From positions 2,232,001-2,296,000 of the forward strand of contig OZ361257.1 of assembly GCA_977018835.1 (NCBI GenBank): a stretch of DNA of 64,000 bases. The letters run 5' to 3'. The DNA comes from Minutocellus sp. GHC0000111. Lineage: Eukaryota. The position numbers and the translations under genes were made by a program. Below, piece after piece: positions 23,331 through 34,424 of the stretch; position 1 is the first letter of the stretch; every line of letters starts with the position of its first letter. The notes beneath the pieces are model-generated. The model was not told the DNA's origin. It was given only the letters and a program-made list of their open reading frames with translations, and did no database searches.

Positions 23331-24245
23331 ATGATGACGATGAGAGTATCTTTTCTCTGCCTTGCATCGCTGCTTGGTATCTCGCACGCCAATAATTTGC
23401 CCCGCCTGATTGCCCTCGAAGAAGACAGAAACTTTTGTCTGTCGACTGCTGACAACAACCCCAGGCCGGGCGATACCGTCACCTTTCGACGATGCGACTC
23501 CAACGCCAAGGGCCAGTACTTCCTCTTTGATAATCGTGGCCAGTGGCAACCAAACGAAGCCCCAGATCTTTGCGTCGTTGTTGTTCCTCGCAACGTGCCG
23601 CAAGCCGGTGATCGCCTCGAGCTCGCTTCTTGTACCGGCAACCAAGCTCAGGACTGGTTCTTCGATGATTCCGGCCATAATGAGCTGCAAGCGCGGAACA
23701 GCGACAGAGTTTGTGCCACGTATTCGGGATCATCAACAAGCAACGGGTCGAGGGACGTGATGGAACGGTGCACTGGTGGACAGAGCCAGAGCTTTGACTT
23801 TAAATACGACAACCCAGATCGACCGGGAGGAGACTGGGAACAGCTTCGTATGAGGCGGAATCCCACTACGTGCATATCAGTTGATAGAGGAAAGGTGTCG
23901 GCAGGACGCGTCCTCAAGACGGACCGTTGCGATCAAAGCAATCGAGCACAGCACTGGCGTTTTCAGGACGATAGCACGTGGCGACCGAGGGAGAATACAG
24001 ATCTCTGCGTTGTGCTCGAGCAAGTGCAGTCGAGGGAGGCCCTCGTATTGCGCGATTGCACCACATCACGCTTTCGCAGGTGGCATTATAATGAAAACGA
24101 CCTCTTCGAGATCACGCCTCAGCGAGATTCGACCCTTTGCGTTGCACGAGATAACTCCAACTTCTTGGGAGTGTCCGAAAGTCGCAGGCTTAGTCGAAGT
24201 GAACGAGAGTGGGAGCTGAATGAAGTTGACTTAAGATATCGATAA
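23331..24245 (+). CDS. Secreted protein with two ricin-B (beta-trefoil) lectin domains
   Basis: Repeated LC...L..C....QxW/F motifs (QYF, QDW, QSF, QHW); signal peptide. Confidence 0.8.
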   Translation: MMTMRVSFLCLASLLGISHANNLPRLIALEEDRNFCLSTADNNPRPGDTVTFRRCDSNAKGQYFLFDNRGQWQPNEAPDLCVVVVPRNVPQAGDRLELASCTGNQAQDWFFDDSGHNELQARNSDRVCATYSGSSTSNGSRDVMERCTGGQSQSFDFKYDNPDRPGGDWEQLRMRRNPTTCISVDRGKVSAGRVLKTDRCDQSNRAQHWRFQDDSTWRPRENTDLCVVLEQVQSREALVLRDCTTSRFRRWHYNENDLFEITPQRDSTLCVARDNSNFLGVSESRRLSRSEREWELNEVDLRYR

Positions 24246-24323
24246 TTATTCATTTGTAACATTTAGGGCATTGTATGTTATAATCAATATTGTATGATTA
24301 TGCAATACATGTGTGTGTAGACT

Positions 24324-25064
24324 CTATATGTCGTAACTCTTCTTCATCTCTCTCACTGCGAGCACAAAGGCAATGCAAAACGCAACATCCGCTCCAGGCG
24401 CGACGGTGAGGTAGAAATCTTGCGTCGAGTCCTCCAGACTCTTGTATCCGATGAAGCGCTGCAGCTCCAGAGGACTCATAAAGTTGGCAATGGGGATGCC
24501 ACCGGATTTGTAGTCCCCACCCCTCCAGATGGCGCACTTGCCCTGAAAGATGGTCGCCTTTCCGACGATGTCGACCATCTCGTCCATGCAGCCCTTATGG
24601 ACCTTGTTCCGGATCGTCGTCTTCTGCTTGGTGCTGCCAATGTTGGACCTGACCTTGAACAGGACCTTGGTCTTGTCCTTCTTGATCTTGTGGACGTCCT
24701 TGGGATCGTCGATGCCACGGCAATCAAAGACGAGCTGATCGTCGTTGAGTGGGTTCCACCACACCTTGTCTGCGATGGCAAACAGGGGCTTGTCATCCCG
24801 ACCGTAGACGAGTTTGAGGTTGCTCAGGCTCAGGCTGTGGCCCTTTATGGAGAACCACGTGTCGCCCTTGGTATCCTTGATGTTCATGGTGTCGCCGGAC
24901 CAGGAGAACTTGGTCTTGAGATGGAGCGCCACGACCTCTCCGTCGTTGGACAAATTCTGATCGTCTCCAAAGACGGATATCTTCTTGTCCTGTGGAAGCG
25001 CCTTCACCTCGACGTCGTACTTGTGAGAGGCGGCCACTTTGCTCTTGCTGCTGCTGCTCAGCAT
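24324..25064 (-). CDS. LURP-one-related / tubby C-terminal-like protein
   Basis: FSWSGDTMNIKD..G..WF and YLTVAPGADVAFCIAFVL motifs. Confidence 0.75.
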   Translation of the reverse strand: MLSSSSKSKVAASHKYDVEVKALPQDKKISVFGDDQNLSNDGEVVALHLKTKFSWSGDTMNIKDTKGDTWFSIKGHSLSLSNLKLVYGRDDKPLFAIADKVWWNPLNDDQLVFDCRGIDDPKDVHKIKKDKTKVLFKVRSNIGSTKQKTTIRNKVHKGCMDEMVDIVGKATIFQGKCAIWRGGDYKSGGIPIANFMSPLELQRFIGYKSLEDSTQDFYLTVAPGADVAFCIAFVLAVREMKKSYDI

Positions 25065-25477
25065 GGTGTTGGCGATGTTGTTTGTTTTGCGTCGAGTAGA
25101 AATATTGCGGGAGGGATGTTATGAATGAGTGAGAGTTTGCTACTTTTTGACTTCACTCAGCAGCCTGCGCGGTCGGTACTCTAGCTAGCTAGCTACCTAG
25201 CTAGGTACGTAGTAGCGGTCGGCCTTGCTAATGCTGCGAACCGAACCTTCGGTGCAGAAAAGCCCGCGGCTCTTTAGAGGGATATAGTTTTGCGAGTAGA
25301 GTCCAAAACGCAAATGACCGCGCAAGAAGATTCGAGTTGCGTGCACGACGCATCAAGCATCGCACATCGACGCGAAGGATCGTCACAAGTAAAATCCAAC
25401 ACCCACGGAGCCAACCTCCAGTTGCTGCATCCGATCCCCGATCACCGCTACTCGTACTCGCTCACCCAATCACAATT

Positions 25478-27389
25478 ATGTCCGCCTCCCCCGCCAAGAA
25501 GAAGATGAAGCAGGAAGCCCTCGATGCCGCCCTGTCGGTCATGACGGACGCCGCCAATCCGGCCCTGTACGACGTCACCATCGTCTGCACCACCGACGAC
25601 CACCAGGCCGCCTACTGGACCAAGCGGCTGTCCGAGGGGGTTTGCCACTCGCCCTCCTCTACCTCTGCCGACGACTCCTCGCCCTTCCCCCTCGTCCTGG
25701 CCGTGTCCGAGGACTGGTCCGCCGGCGGTGCCGGAAACGGCCTCGGCACTCTTTATGCCTACACCAAGGCCGCCAAGGTGGCCAAGGACCGGCACGGAGT
25801 CGACCTCGACGCCCAGCTGCGGGAGGGCAAGATTTCGGCCGCCCTCTACCACACGGCCGGGAAGGGCACCCGCCTGGCGCCCCTGCCGGCCAGCGAGAAC
25901 AACAACAAGCCTGGAGTGGTGAGTAGTATAATGGTTGGGAGGTAGTGGTGCATGTTAGAGCAAACTCAATTTTGCACATAAATCATCATGTGCCGATAAT
26001 TGATTTTTGATACTCCGGTCATTTGTTTATTTGCGGCATTGCAATTGCATTTGTAAAGGGAATCTTGGAAATATCGGGCGGCCAATCACCACATATATAT
26101 ATATATATCGTTGCTTGCATTCATCTCACCGTTCATGATCTCATTTTGTGCTCCTGCCCGTCCGATAGAAACTCCCCGTCTGCCACAAGCTGAGCGACGG
26201 ATCGTTCGAGCCCATGACCGTCCTGGAGGCCGTCGTCAAGCAGACGGGCATCTACGCCCCGTCCCGCAAGGGACGTCTGTCGGTGTTCTGGGGCGACCAG
26301 GTATTCATCCCCTCGGCCGCCTTCTCCTACGCCCCGACCCACCACGTCGACATCATGTGCACCCTCCTCGGCGACACGGCCCCGACGGCCGAGGAGTGGT
26401 CCGAGCAGGGACTCGACAAGTACGGCGTCATTGCCGTGTCCAAGGGGGAGGGACGGGATGCCGCCCAGGTGGAGAAGGTCGACCATGCCACGGCCGTCAA
26501 GATGCTGCAAAGTCTCGGTGACATTGGTCAGGTCGGACCCAGCCTGGGTTCCTTCTCCGTTTCGGCCTCCATGCTCGAAGCGCTCTGTGCGGAGTATGCC
26601 TCGGAGTTGTCCGCCAAGGCTGGAAAGTTCGACACCGACCCCCTCTTTTGGATGCCCCTGACGTTGCCCGAGGAGGCCTACGTGTCCCTCATGGGCCAAA
26701 AGGGAGTCGATGCCGCCGTATCCAAGGCCCATCACGAGCGCATGGCCAAGATGAAGGCCGCGTTCGACCTCGGGACCATGGGCCTGTTCGGTGCCGTCGA
26801 CGTTGGGTCCGATGCCGCCTGGTGGGACTACGGTCAGCTCAAGTTGTATTACAAGAACAACATTAGTCTGACCGACTTTGACGACAAGACGGCCGACCTG
26901 TACCGTCGCTTTCTGGGTGTCAAGGCGGCCAAGGAGAACTCGACGATCGGTGATGCCGTCAAGGTTGATGACAAGTCCTGCGTCTTTTCCTCGACGGTCA
27001 AGGACTCTGGTTCGATTACCAATTCGGTGTTGGCGTCTGTGAATGCTCTGAGTGTGGAGGCAGATGGTGCCATCATTGTCAACTGCACCGCCAAGTCGAT
27101 CAAGGCTGGCAAGAACGCGGTCCTGTACAACATCGTGGATGACTCCGAGGAGGGCATCGTCGCTGGAGAGGGAGATGTCATTGTGAGCGTCACCGAGGAG
27201 GATGGTACCATGATGGAGTTGAAGAGCAAGCATTCCATTTGTGGCGGCAAGGCCTGGAAGCAGGTTCTGGATGGCAACACCATGTCGTTCGAGGACGTCC
27301 ATGGCAAGAACAAGGATGCCAACGTGTCGGCTATTGAGACCAAGAGGAAGCACCTTCACAAGCAGGCAAGTGCGTCGTTCGGCATCTAA
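25478..27389 (+). CDS. Sugar-1-phosphate nucleotidyltransferase-like protein; exons 25478-25918 and 26169-27389
   Basis: HTAGKGTRLAPL...NNKPGVKLP (AGxGTR...KP motif), WGDQ, WWDYGQ, beta-helix-like C-terminus; in-frame GT-AG intron. Confidence 0.75.
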
Positions 27390-27593
27390 AATTTCGCTTT
27401 ATGAATCGACTTTGCACGATGCATGGCGCGATATATTATGATAATAGATTGCTGCATGATCTGGATGGCTTTTTCCAATATTGCAAGATGGGGTCTTTAG
27501 ATATATTACTAAACTCTTAGACGAACGCATCACTAGAGGAGCTATCGTACGATAATTACCACATACATGAGGAACCACTGCACAGCTACGTAG

Positions 27594-28259
27594 CTAGCTC
27601 TCCTTCAAAGTTTTCTCCGTATCCCTGGCCCATTTCGGCACATCCTTCTCAGCCGCCAGTCTCAACGCCTTGGCCGCGGCAGCATTGCCCATGTCCGGCA
27701 TGCCCGATTCCGGCTGCGTTTTGTAGGTTTCCGTCCACGCTGCGTCGCTCTGGCCGAGCTCAATTTCTACGCCCTGTCCCACCACATACGACGAACAGGC
27801 AAGGACGAATCCCTTCTTGCGCAAGTTGTCACCGACGGCTGGTGCGAGACCATCGTCTCCACGCACAATGCTCGACGATCCCTCCTTGACCAGACCGGAG
27901 CAAGTCAGGCAATTGCCACGTTGGCAATCGAACGGCAATGAAGACATTGACAGGGACGATCGATTCCGTTCGAGCGCCATTAGAATCGTTTCGTTTGGTT
28001 GCACGAAAACACTTGCCGTCCGCCCCTCGTGTGATATCTCCACCATGTGCCCTTCTACTCTTGGTGCTGGTGCCGGTGTTGTTGTGGCGTCGGCGTCCGT
28101 TTCCGCAGATGTGGCATCACCCGCTCGATCTGCAGCTGGCAAGCGTAAGCAGCGAGGCCGCCTGAGATCACGAGGAATTGGCCTGGCCATAAATGAGTCC
28201 GCGGCCGGAGGCATGCACACAGCCACTGCTGCAGTAATTGGTATTAGACGAGCCTTCAT
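27594..28259 (-). CDS. Plastid-targeted 2Fe-2S ferredoxin-like protein
   Basis: LPFDCQRGNCLTC...LAC (Cx4Cx2C..C); presequence ADS|F. Confidence 0.85.
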   Translation of the reverse strand: MKARLIPITAAVAVCMPPAADSFMARPIPRDLRRPRCLRLPAADRAGDATSAETDADATTTPAPAPRVEGHMVEISHEGRTASVFVQPNETILMALERNRSSLSMSSLPFDCQRGNCLTCSGLVKEGSSSIVRGDDGLAPAVGDNLRKKGFVLACSSYVVGQGVEIELGQSDAAWTETYKTQPESGMPDMGNAAAAKALRLAAEKDVPKWARDTEKTLKES

Positions 28260-28632
28260 TACTTCATTGCTGACAAATGATAACGAAACGGCTTCGCTCG
28301 AAAGCTGCAAAGCAATGCAATGTGGTATGGCGCCGTTCTTGGCTGGTCTGCTACGTACGAACCTGCCTCGTAGTTTGGTTGTTTTTTGGTTGGCTCTCGG
28401 GAAGGTCCGGAATTCAGGTGTTGTTACCACACTACAAGCGTGAAAAGCGAATGTTCAGCATAGAGTCTGTGGCGAATGATTGAGTTCCATACCCTCATCT
28501 TCACGCGCCCGCCACTGACGCATCGAAATGCTTCCAAATGCTTCGAGAGCCTGATTGATCATCATACTCGTTCGAGCCTGATTGATCATACTTCTTGCTG
28601 TCGTGTCTTGCATTTCACAATTTAATGGGAAC

Positions 28633-29106
28633 ATGACCATGCACACCCAGGCTCTGAGAGCCACCGCCACCCTCAGCATTCTGCTATGGAGCAAAGTCGC
28701 GTTTACAAATCTTGGTTTGGGTGGGGCGAAAAATAATGCCGGAGGCAGAGCACCCGAGGATACCTATCAGAAATCGGCAGATGAGGTAACCGAGGAGGCT
28801 AAGGTTGCCCAAGATCGGGCGCAACGGATGGTTAACAATGATCTAGAGAACATTCCCTACACCATGGTCCTGGCCTGGGGCTCCATGTTTTGCATTTTCT
28901 TTATGGAGGATGAATCCGTTCGAGATCAGCACGCCATGGCACAAATCATTCTGTACAGCTTGTTTGTTGTGGCGAGGATTGGTCATTCGATCGCATATGC
29001 AAAGGGACTTGCATATCCACGAACTGCCGTTTGGATGCTGGGATTTATGTGCACATTCGCTATCGGCATCAACGGAGCTGTTGCATCGTTCGGTGTGATT
29101 TCCTAA
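28633..29106 (+). CDS. MAPEG family (microsomal glutathione S-transferase-like) protein
   Basis: APED, RAQRMVNNDLENIP, ARIGHSIAY, four TM segments. Confidence 0.85.
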   Translation: MTMHTQALRATATLSILLWSKVAFTNLGLGGAKNNAGGRAPEDTYQKSADEVTEEAKVAQDRAQRMVNNDLENIPYTMVLAWGSMFCIFFMEDESVRDQHAMAQIILYSLFVVARIGHSIAYAKGLAYPRTAVWMLGFMCTFAIGINGAVASFGVIS

Positions 29107-29304
29107 TTTTTTTTTTTCATTTGTTGGGGCCAGTTTGGATCGAATATGCTTCTCCTGCAAGAAAGAGAACAGGCACACATACGCAAATCTGCAGATACTT
29201 GATGCGAACTATGTAGATTACAAGCTAGCTGAAAATGTGAGTACATATTCTAATATACTTATGCAATTATAATAACACATACTGTACAGAGTAAGGTGTA
29301 TATG

Positions 29305-30261
29305 CTACCGTGATATCATCTCAGTCGATGGCATCCCCTCTTGTTGTTCGTCGTTCTGAAAGCCATCGCCAGTGGTGTCACTCGTATTGGTTCCAGGGCT
29401 GGCATTCCCCACCTCGATATCGGTGACTTGAGGGAGAGCCTGCGGCACACCGATGCTCATTCGACTGGCATAGTACGGTCCAAGTGCCAGCTCCATCACA
29501 CGGTCGCGTCCCAATACCTCCATCGCTGCTTCCTTCATTTGGTCACTGGTGATCATATTCTTACGGCAGCATGGGCACCCATCGTGGCGCTGGAGCCAGT
29601 CCAACAAACACTCCTTGTGAAACATGTGGTTGCAGTCTTTGCCCACAAAGACCTCGTCGGCATCGTCGTAATTTTCGATGCATATTGCACAGGCTGTGTA
29701 GCTGTCGCTCTGAAATGGGTCATCTGCCACTGGTTCCTGTGATGGTGATGGTAGAGGCGTCTGTTGTGATTCGATATCTTGTTGCGTTGAATCGTCTGGG
29801 CTGGCGGTATTGTTACTACTTGTAGCGGCTGACCTTTCTTTGGTGTCGGCATCGGCATTATGCCCATCACCTGTACCAACTGCTGCCATCTGCTTATATG
29901 TCTCATATGCCTTCCCCACAAGCATCTTATCCAACACCGATCGGCGCTCTGCGTCCGTCATGCCCGTCAGTCCAGCATCTCGCGCAACCTCCCCACCCTC
30001 CACATGTCTCGGCTCGTCCGTGTGCAACGCTCTCATCGCCGCGCAGCACCCACATCGTTGGCAGATGCGATCACATACCAAGGCACCGACGTAGACCAAT
30101 GTAATCAGGGCTATTAGGATGGCAATTCCCGTAAGAAAGAGAATTGCGACATCCTTGGCGACCTGGGTATAATCAGTGGGGTTTGTGGAGGAAGTGTATA
30201 CAGTTCCACCCTCATACTTGTCCCCGGTCGAATACTTGCCAAAGTCGTAGTCTGAGGACAT
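29305..30261 (-). CDS. TM-anchored RING-H2 E3 ubiquitin ligase
   Basis: CAIC...CNHMFHKECLLDWL....CPCCR with an N-terminal TM. Confidence 0.9.
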   Translation of the reverse strand: MSSDYDFGKYSTGDKYEGGTVYTSSTNPTDYTQVAKDVAILFLTGIAILIALITLVYVGALVCDRICQRCGCCAAMRALHTDEPRHVEGGEVARDAGLTGMTDAERRSVLDKMLVGKAYETYKQMAAVGTGDGHNADADTKERSAATSSNNTASPDDSTQQDIESQQTPLPSPSQEPVADDPFQSDSYTACAICIENYDDADEVFVGKDCNHMFHKECLLDWLQRHDGCPCCRKNMITSDQMKEAAMEVLGRDRVMELALGPYYASRMSIGVPQALPQVTDIEVGNASPGTNTSDTTGDGFQNDEQQEGMPSTEMISR

Positions 30262-30822
30262 GCTGGTTGTTGTGAGATCAAAGTGTGGCCAATAGAGCTA
30301 GGAGAGTGCTTGGCCGTTTCGTCGTTTCGTTGCGTGTAAGTTGAGATCGAGTTGGAACTTGAAATGCGTCTGTCGACAACTCACTGCGACGGGTCGGTCG
30401 GGTCGTATCAAATCTCTGGGAGGAAAAGGGCCGTCGGGTGGGGAAAATAATCAGTCCGATTTTGTCCTCTGGAAAAATCCCGCACGGTCGATAGATAATC
30501 GGCGAAATGATACGCGTCTTGACGGGTATCCAAGTATGGTATTCACGCAAGAGAGAGTGTGGGGGGCTGCTATTTGAAGCTATGAGAGAGAGTAGCAGTG
30601 TTCGACTTCGGTTCTGCATGCGACTATGCCCATGACTCATTCATGGTCTCATCAGCATCTCATCATTTATTCAATCCCCTCCGGATTTCTTTCACATGAA
30701 ATTATGCCACGTCATCTGGAAAGACCATCCATTTCCTCAGCTCCAGCCAGGCGGTTTTCTCACGCGATGGCGAAGGCACCCGCAAATTAAATACACTCCA
30801 TTAGCCCACGCGCCACCCTAAA

Positions 30823-32196
30823 ATGAACGACGGCACCGCCGGCGCCGCCGCCGACTACGTGCACTCCTCCATCCCCGGCCGCCTTCTGGCCAGCTCCAAC
30901 GGAGTAATCTCCCGAGCACTCAACAACCTGTCTTACACGGCGGACGACCGTGCTGGAACCGGTGCCACGAGTTCGTCCACGGCCGCCCTGGGTGGTCTGG
31001 CCTACTCGGACCTGCCGTGCGAATGCGGTCCCGACGGACGTCTGTTGGGGTCGGCCGCAGCATATATTCTGAAATGGACCAAGGTGGCCATCAAGAAGAC
31101 GGCCAATGCGTACCTTTCTAGCCCAATTCTTTTGGCGTTGCTACCGCTTTTAGTCGGTTGTGCCGTTGGGTTTGTCGTGGCATGGTGGTGGCTCGGAGGG
31201 AGCAGCGGTAGCAAAGACAAGAATATTGATGGACAAACGAGGACTCATCACAAGAAAGGAATTTTGGTCAGTGGTCAAAGTAGTCGAGCCTGGGATTTTC
31301 GGTCATCAATACTCCTACTGACCACGGCGGCACAAGCAATGCTGGAATCATCGGTGCACGCAGTCACCACATCATACTGCTCCAAGAACGAGAACGAAAA
31401 TGACAATGACACCGAATTGGCGCGACGAGAAGACGCGACTCGGCGGCAACTTTCCAGCAATGCCAACACGACACGGGAAAGCGACGTGCCTCTCTCCTCG
31501 GTACCTAAGCACATCGCCGTCATCATGGATGGCAATCGTCGGTACGGACGGCAGCGGTACGGCAGTGCCACGCGAGGACATTGGGATGGGTCCAAAACCC
31601 TCGCCGACTTTGCCAAATGGTGCATTGCCGAGGGGGTGAAGGTTCTGACGGTTTATGCCTTCTCGACGGAAAATTGGGATCGCGATCCTGACGAGGTTGC
31701 CGCTCTCATGGCGATATTTGTACGGTATTGCGACGAATTGAGAGAGGAGGCGCTGGTACGGGGCATACGGCTGCGGGTCTTGTCCACCGAGACTGATCGG
31801 ATACCACCCGACGTGGCAGCGGGATTGAAGCGCATGGTGGAGGAGACTGCGCACTGTGACAGGTTTTTGATGAACATTTGTCTGAGTTATGGAAGTCGTG
31901 GAGAGATTGTCAACGCGTGTCGATCTGTGGCCACCGATGTGCAGCAAGGGGAGCTCCATGCCTCGGATATTACCGAACACACATTTGGGAAGCGATTATT
32001 GATGAGCGATTGTCCTGATCCCGACATTGTCATGCGAACAAGTGGAGAGATGAGGATAAGCAACTTCCTGCTTTGGCAGATGGCTTATTCTGAAATGTTT
32101 TTCCTTGAAAAGACGTGGCCGGAACTCACGAAGCAGGATTTAGTTGAGGTGATACAAGACTTTGCCAATGGAAGGCAACGGCGATTCGGAAAGTGA
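30823..32196 (+). CDS. cis-prenyltransferase (UPPS/DHDDS family)
   Basis: HIAVIMDGNRRY, YAFSTENW, SYGSR, PDIVMRTSGEMRISNFLLWQ, RRFGK. Confidence 0.95.
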   Translation: MNDGTAGAAADYVHSSIPGRLLASSNGVISRALNNLSYTADDRAGTGATSSSTAALGGLAYSDLPCECGPDGRLLGSAAAYILKWTKVAIKKTANAYLSSPILLALLPLLVGCAVGFVVAWWWLGGSSGSKDKNIDGQTRTHHKKGILVSGQSSRAWDFRSSILLLTTAAQAMLESSVHAVTTSYCSKNENENDNDTELARREDATRRQLSSNANTTRESDVPLSSVPKHIAVIMDGNRRYGRQRYGSATRGHWDGSKTLADFAKWCIAEGVKVLTVYAFSTENWDRDPDEVAALMAIFVRYCDELREEALVRGIRLRVLSTETDRIPPDVAAGLKRMVEETAHCDRFLMNICLSYGSRGEIVNACRSVATDVQQGELHASDITEHTFGKRLLMSDCPDPDIVMRTSGEMRISNFLLWQMAYSEMFFLEKTWPELTKQDLVEVIQDFANGRQRRFGK

Positions 32197-32285
32197 ATTC
32201 ATATATAGGAATCAGGCTTTTGCTTTCTTTGCTCATTGAAGTTCACAATATAAGCTTATCATTATCATATACTGTAGAAGAAACC

Positions 32286-34424
32286 TTAGCGGCACATGAC
32301 ACTTCCCAGCGCATTCCACTCCCAGTGGCTGAGCCGGCCGTCGCCGTTTTGTTCTAGAATTTGCCACATTTCATCCCCATCGATTGGTTCGGCACCGGGA
32401 GGTAAATTATTGTTCACCTTTTCAACTGCCGATTCCCATTCCTCCCTCGATATCCATCCCTCATGAGAAACATCAATCAGGGCAAATATGGCCTGCAGCC
32501 AGGAATTATTCTGGCCGTAGTCCGTGCAATCATCGGCTTCGCGGTCCTCGGCTGCAAACTTGTCGAGCGTATCGAGGATATTGATGCTCACCGGCAGTTC
32601 ATCGGGGGCTAAATCTGGCTCCAGAGCCAGGGCAAGTGCCCGTCGCGGTGCATCTTGCAGCAAACCCTCCCCCCTCAAATTCAAGGTCCGAAAGAGTGCA
32701 TCAATAGTATCCTCAAAGGGGAGCGAGTCAATGTCCTCCCCGAGCCAAATGGATAGATCCTTTAGCTCCTTCTCAAATGCAACTCGTCGGGTAGCGATGG
32801 CAGCTCTAAGTGATCGGCGCAAGGCGATGGCATCCACCTTGGCTACCAACTTCATTTCGTCCCGCTTCAACAAATCTTCAAAACTCAGCAACGGATCGTC
32901 ATCGTCCGTGGCGTACCTCACTATGCGATGTCGATAGCCTGGCATCAGTGTCAAAATTGCCCCATGGTTGAACCCCTGCTTGTAAGGATATCGCGATGCC
33001 GAAAACACGGTGAAGAACTCCAATGGCGGGTCATTGCCACCGGCTTTGTTTGTTTCTGACGGAGCAATCTCATATCGAGCACATCCCTTTTGGACTGGCT
33101 CGTGCGATCGTACCAGACGTTTCAACCCACTCGACGTCAAGAATTGACGAATGATGTTGGCATCAAATCTGTATCCAGCTCCGCGACTTACATTGGGACT
33201 CCAGACCGCCGTGGCGGATGACGCTGTACCGGTCCTCTTCGAAAAATTTGGAGTCGTCGAGGCGAGCGAGGAATTGAGCAACGATCCGTCAAACTCGTCG
33301 AACTCCGGATCACTCCACACCATGGCCTCGACGATCTCCTCGACGGCATGATCTTGCTCACAGAGGCTCGCGAAGTGCTCACTACCGCTGCTGCCGCTAC
33401 TGTTGCTGCCAATACTCTCACTCTCCCAGTCAATTCCCTTGTAATCGGCGTGCGTCCGTATGGTCCGCGAGACACCGCATCCGTCCCACCTCACAGTGTC
33501 CCGGATCATGTTCAGATCAATCCCCGGCGGGGGAGGTCCGCCGTGAACTATGAATGAATCGTCCTCCACCACCGTCGCCAACGGCAGACTCATGAAGAAC
33601 TCATCCAACAGCGCCGAGAGCCGATCGCGAAACGCCGATCCTCCGTACTTGTATTGAATTTCGGCCATGAGCCCGTAGGCGACGCTGAGGGCAATGTCCT
33701 CGTGGTTGCCGCGGTTGACGGTGACAATGTCGGGATAGGCCAACGACAGTGCGCATACGGTGGCAATGACCTCGACGCCGTTGTCTCCCCGATCGGCCAA
33801 ATCGCCGTTGAATACAATTCGATTGGTCGGTGACGGCTCTCCGGTCAGGCCCAGGCCCGCCTCGCAGTCGGACAACGAGGCGTGCAGATCTCCCACCACG
33901 TGGATCTTGTCGTTGCTGGCCAAGGGTGGTATTGACACAATGCTCGGTCGCTGGCGGTAGTGTTCGGTGGCTGCTCGGAGCAACGATTCGATAGTCGACA
34001 GGTCGATCCGACGTCCACGTCTTGTCGAACGCAGCATGCTGGCAATGTCCTTCCGAGTGGGTTGGGTTGGATCAGACAACCGGAAGAAGGCCGGATCGGA
34101 CGTATGGCCGTTGGTGGATAGGTTGGGCAGATGCTGCGCCGCCGTGCCGATTATTGGTCCTTCTGCCCCTGCAACTCCTAACTTGGCTGCTGATGATTCC
34201 AAATCTTGCAAATCCACGCCGGGAGCCGGACGGGGCAGCAGCACCTCGAGGGACGACACCAAGCGCGACACCCGCACGCCCTCGGCCTCCCGCGCCTTCT
34301 CCAATGCCGCCAATAGCTGCCACGCCCCGTCGTGCAGTGCCTCGGCGTCCGTTGTGGTTGTGGTTTGGCTGAGGATTTGGTTGTTGCTGTCTTGGCTGTG
34401 GACATTGTTGTCGAAGAGAACCAT
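32286..34424 (-). CDS. PPP-family Ser/Thr phosphatase with C-terminal EF-hand-like motifs (PPEF/PP7-like); true start uncertain
   Basis: GDLH, GDLADRG, NRGNHE, HGG, WSDP, RSHE, TVFSASRY. Confidence 0.85.
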   Translation of the reverse strand: MVLFDNNVHSQDSNNQILSQTTTTTDAEALHDGAWQLLAALEKAREAEGVRVSRLVSSLEVLLPRPAPGVDLQDLESSAAKLGVAGAEGPIIGTAAQHLPNLSTNGHTSDPAFFRLSDPTQPTRKDIASMLRSTRRGRRIDLSTIESLLRAATEHYRQRPSIVSIPPLASNDKIHVVGDLHASLSDCEAGLGLTGEPSPTNRIVFNGDLADRGDNGVEVIATVCALSLAYPDIVTVNRGNHEDIALSVAYGLMAEIQYKYGGSAFRDRLSALLDEFFMSLPLATVVEDDSFIVHGGPPPPGIDLNMIRDTVRWDGCGVSRTIRTHADYKGIDWESESIGSNSSGSSGSEHFASLCEQDHAVEEIVEAMVWSDPEFDEFDGSLLNSSLASTTPNFSKRTGTASSATAVWSPNVSRGAGYRFDANIIRQFLTSSGLKRLVRSHEPVQKGCARYEIAPSETNKAGGNDPPLEFFTVFSASRYPYKQGFNHGAILTLMPGYRHRIVRYATDDDDPLLSFEDLLKRDEMKLVAKVDAIALRRSLRAAIATRRVAFEKELKDLSIWLGEDIDSLPFEDTIDALFRTLNLRGEGLLQDAPRRALALALEPDLAPDELPVSINILDTLDKFAAEDREADDCTDYGQNNSWLQAIFALIDVSHEGWISREEWESAVEKVNNNLPPGAEPIDGDEMWQILEQNGDGRLSHWEWNALGSVMCR

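Noticed and set aside
26133..27359. 408-aa antisense ORF over the nucleotidyltransferase
   Set aside because: Same codon-bias shadow effect; the same applies to 24420-25124, 36151-37179, 39190-40068, 44107-44976 and 58518-59624
28543..28592. Short duplication GAGCCTGATTGATCAT in the ferredoxin/MAPEG divergent promoter
   Set aside because: Two copies only; cannot be distinguished from local slippage
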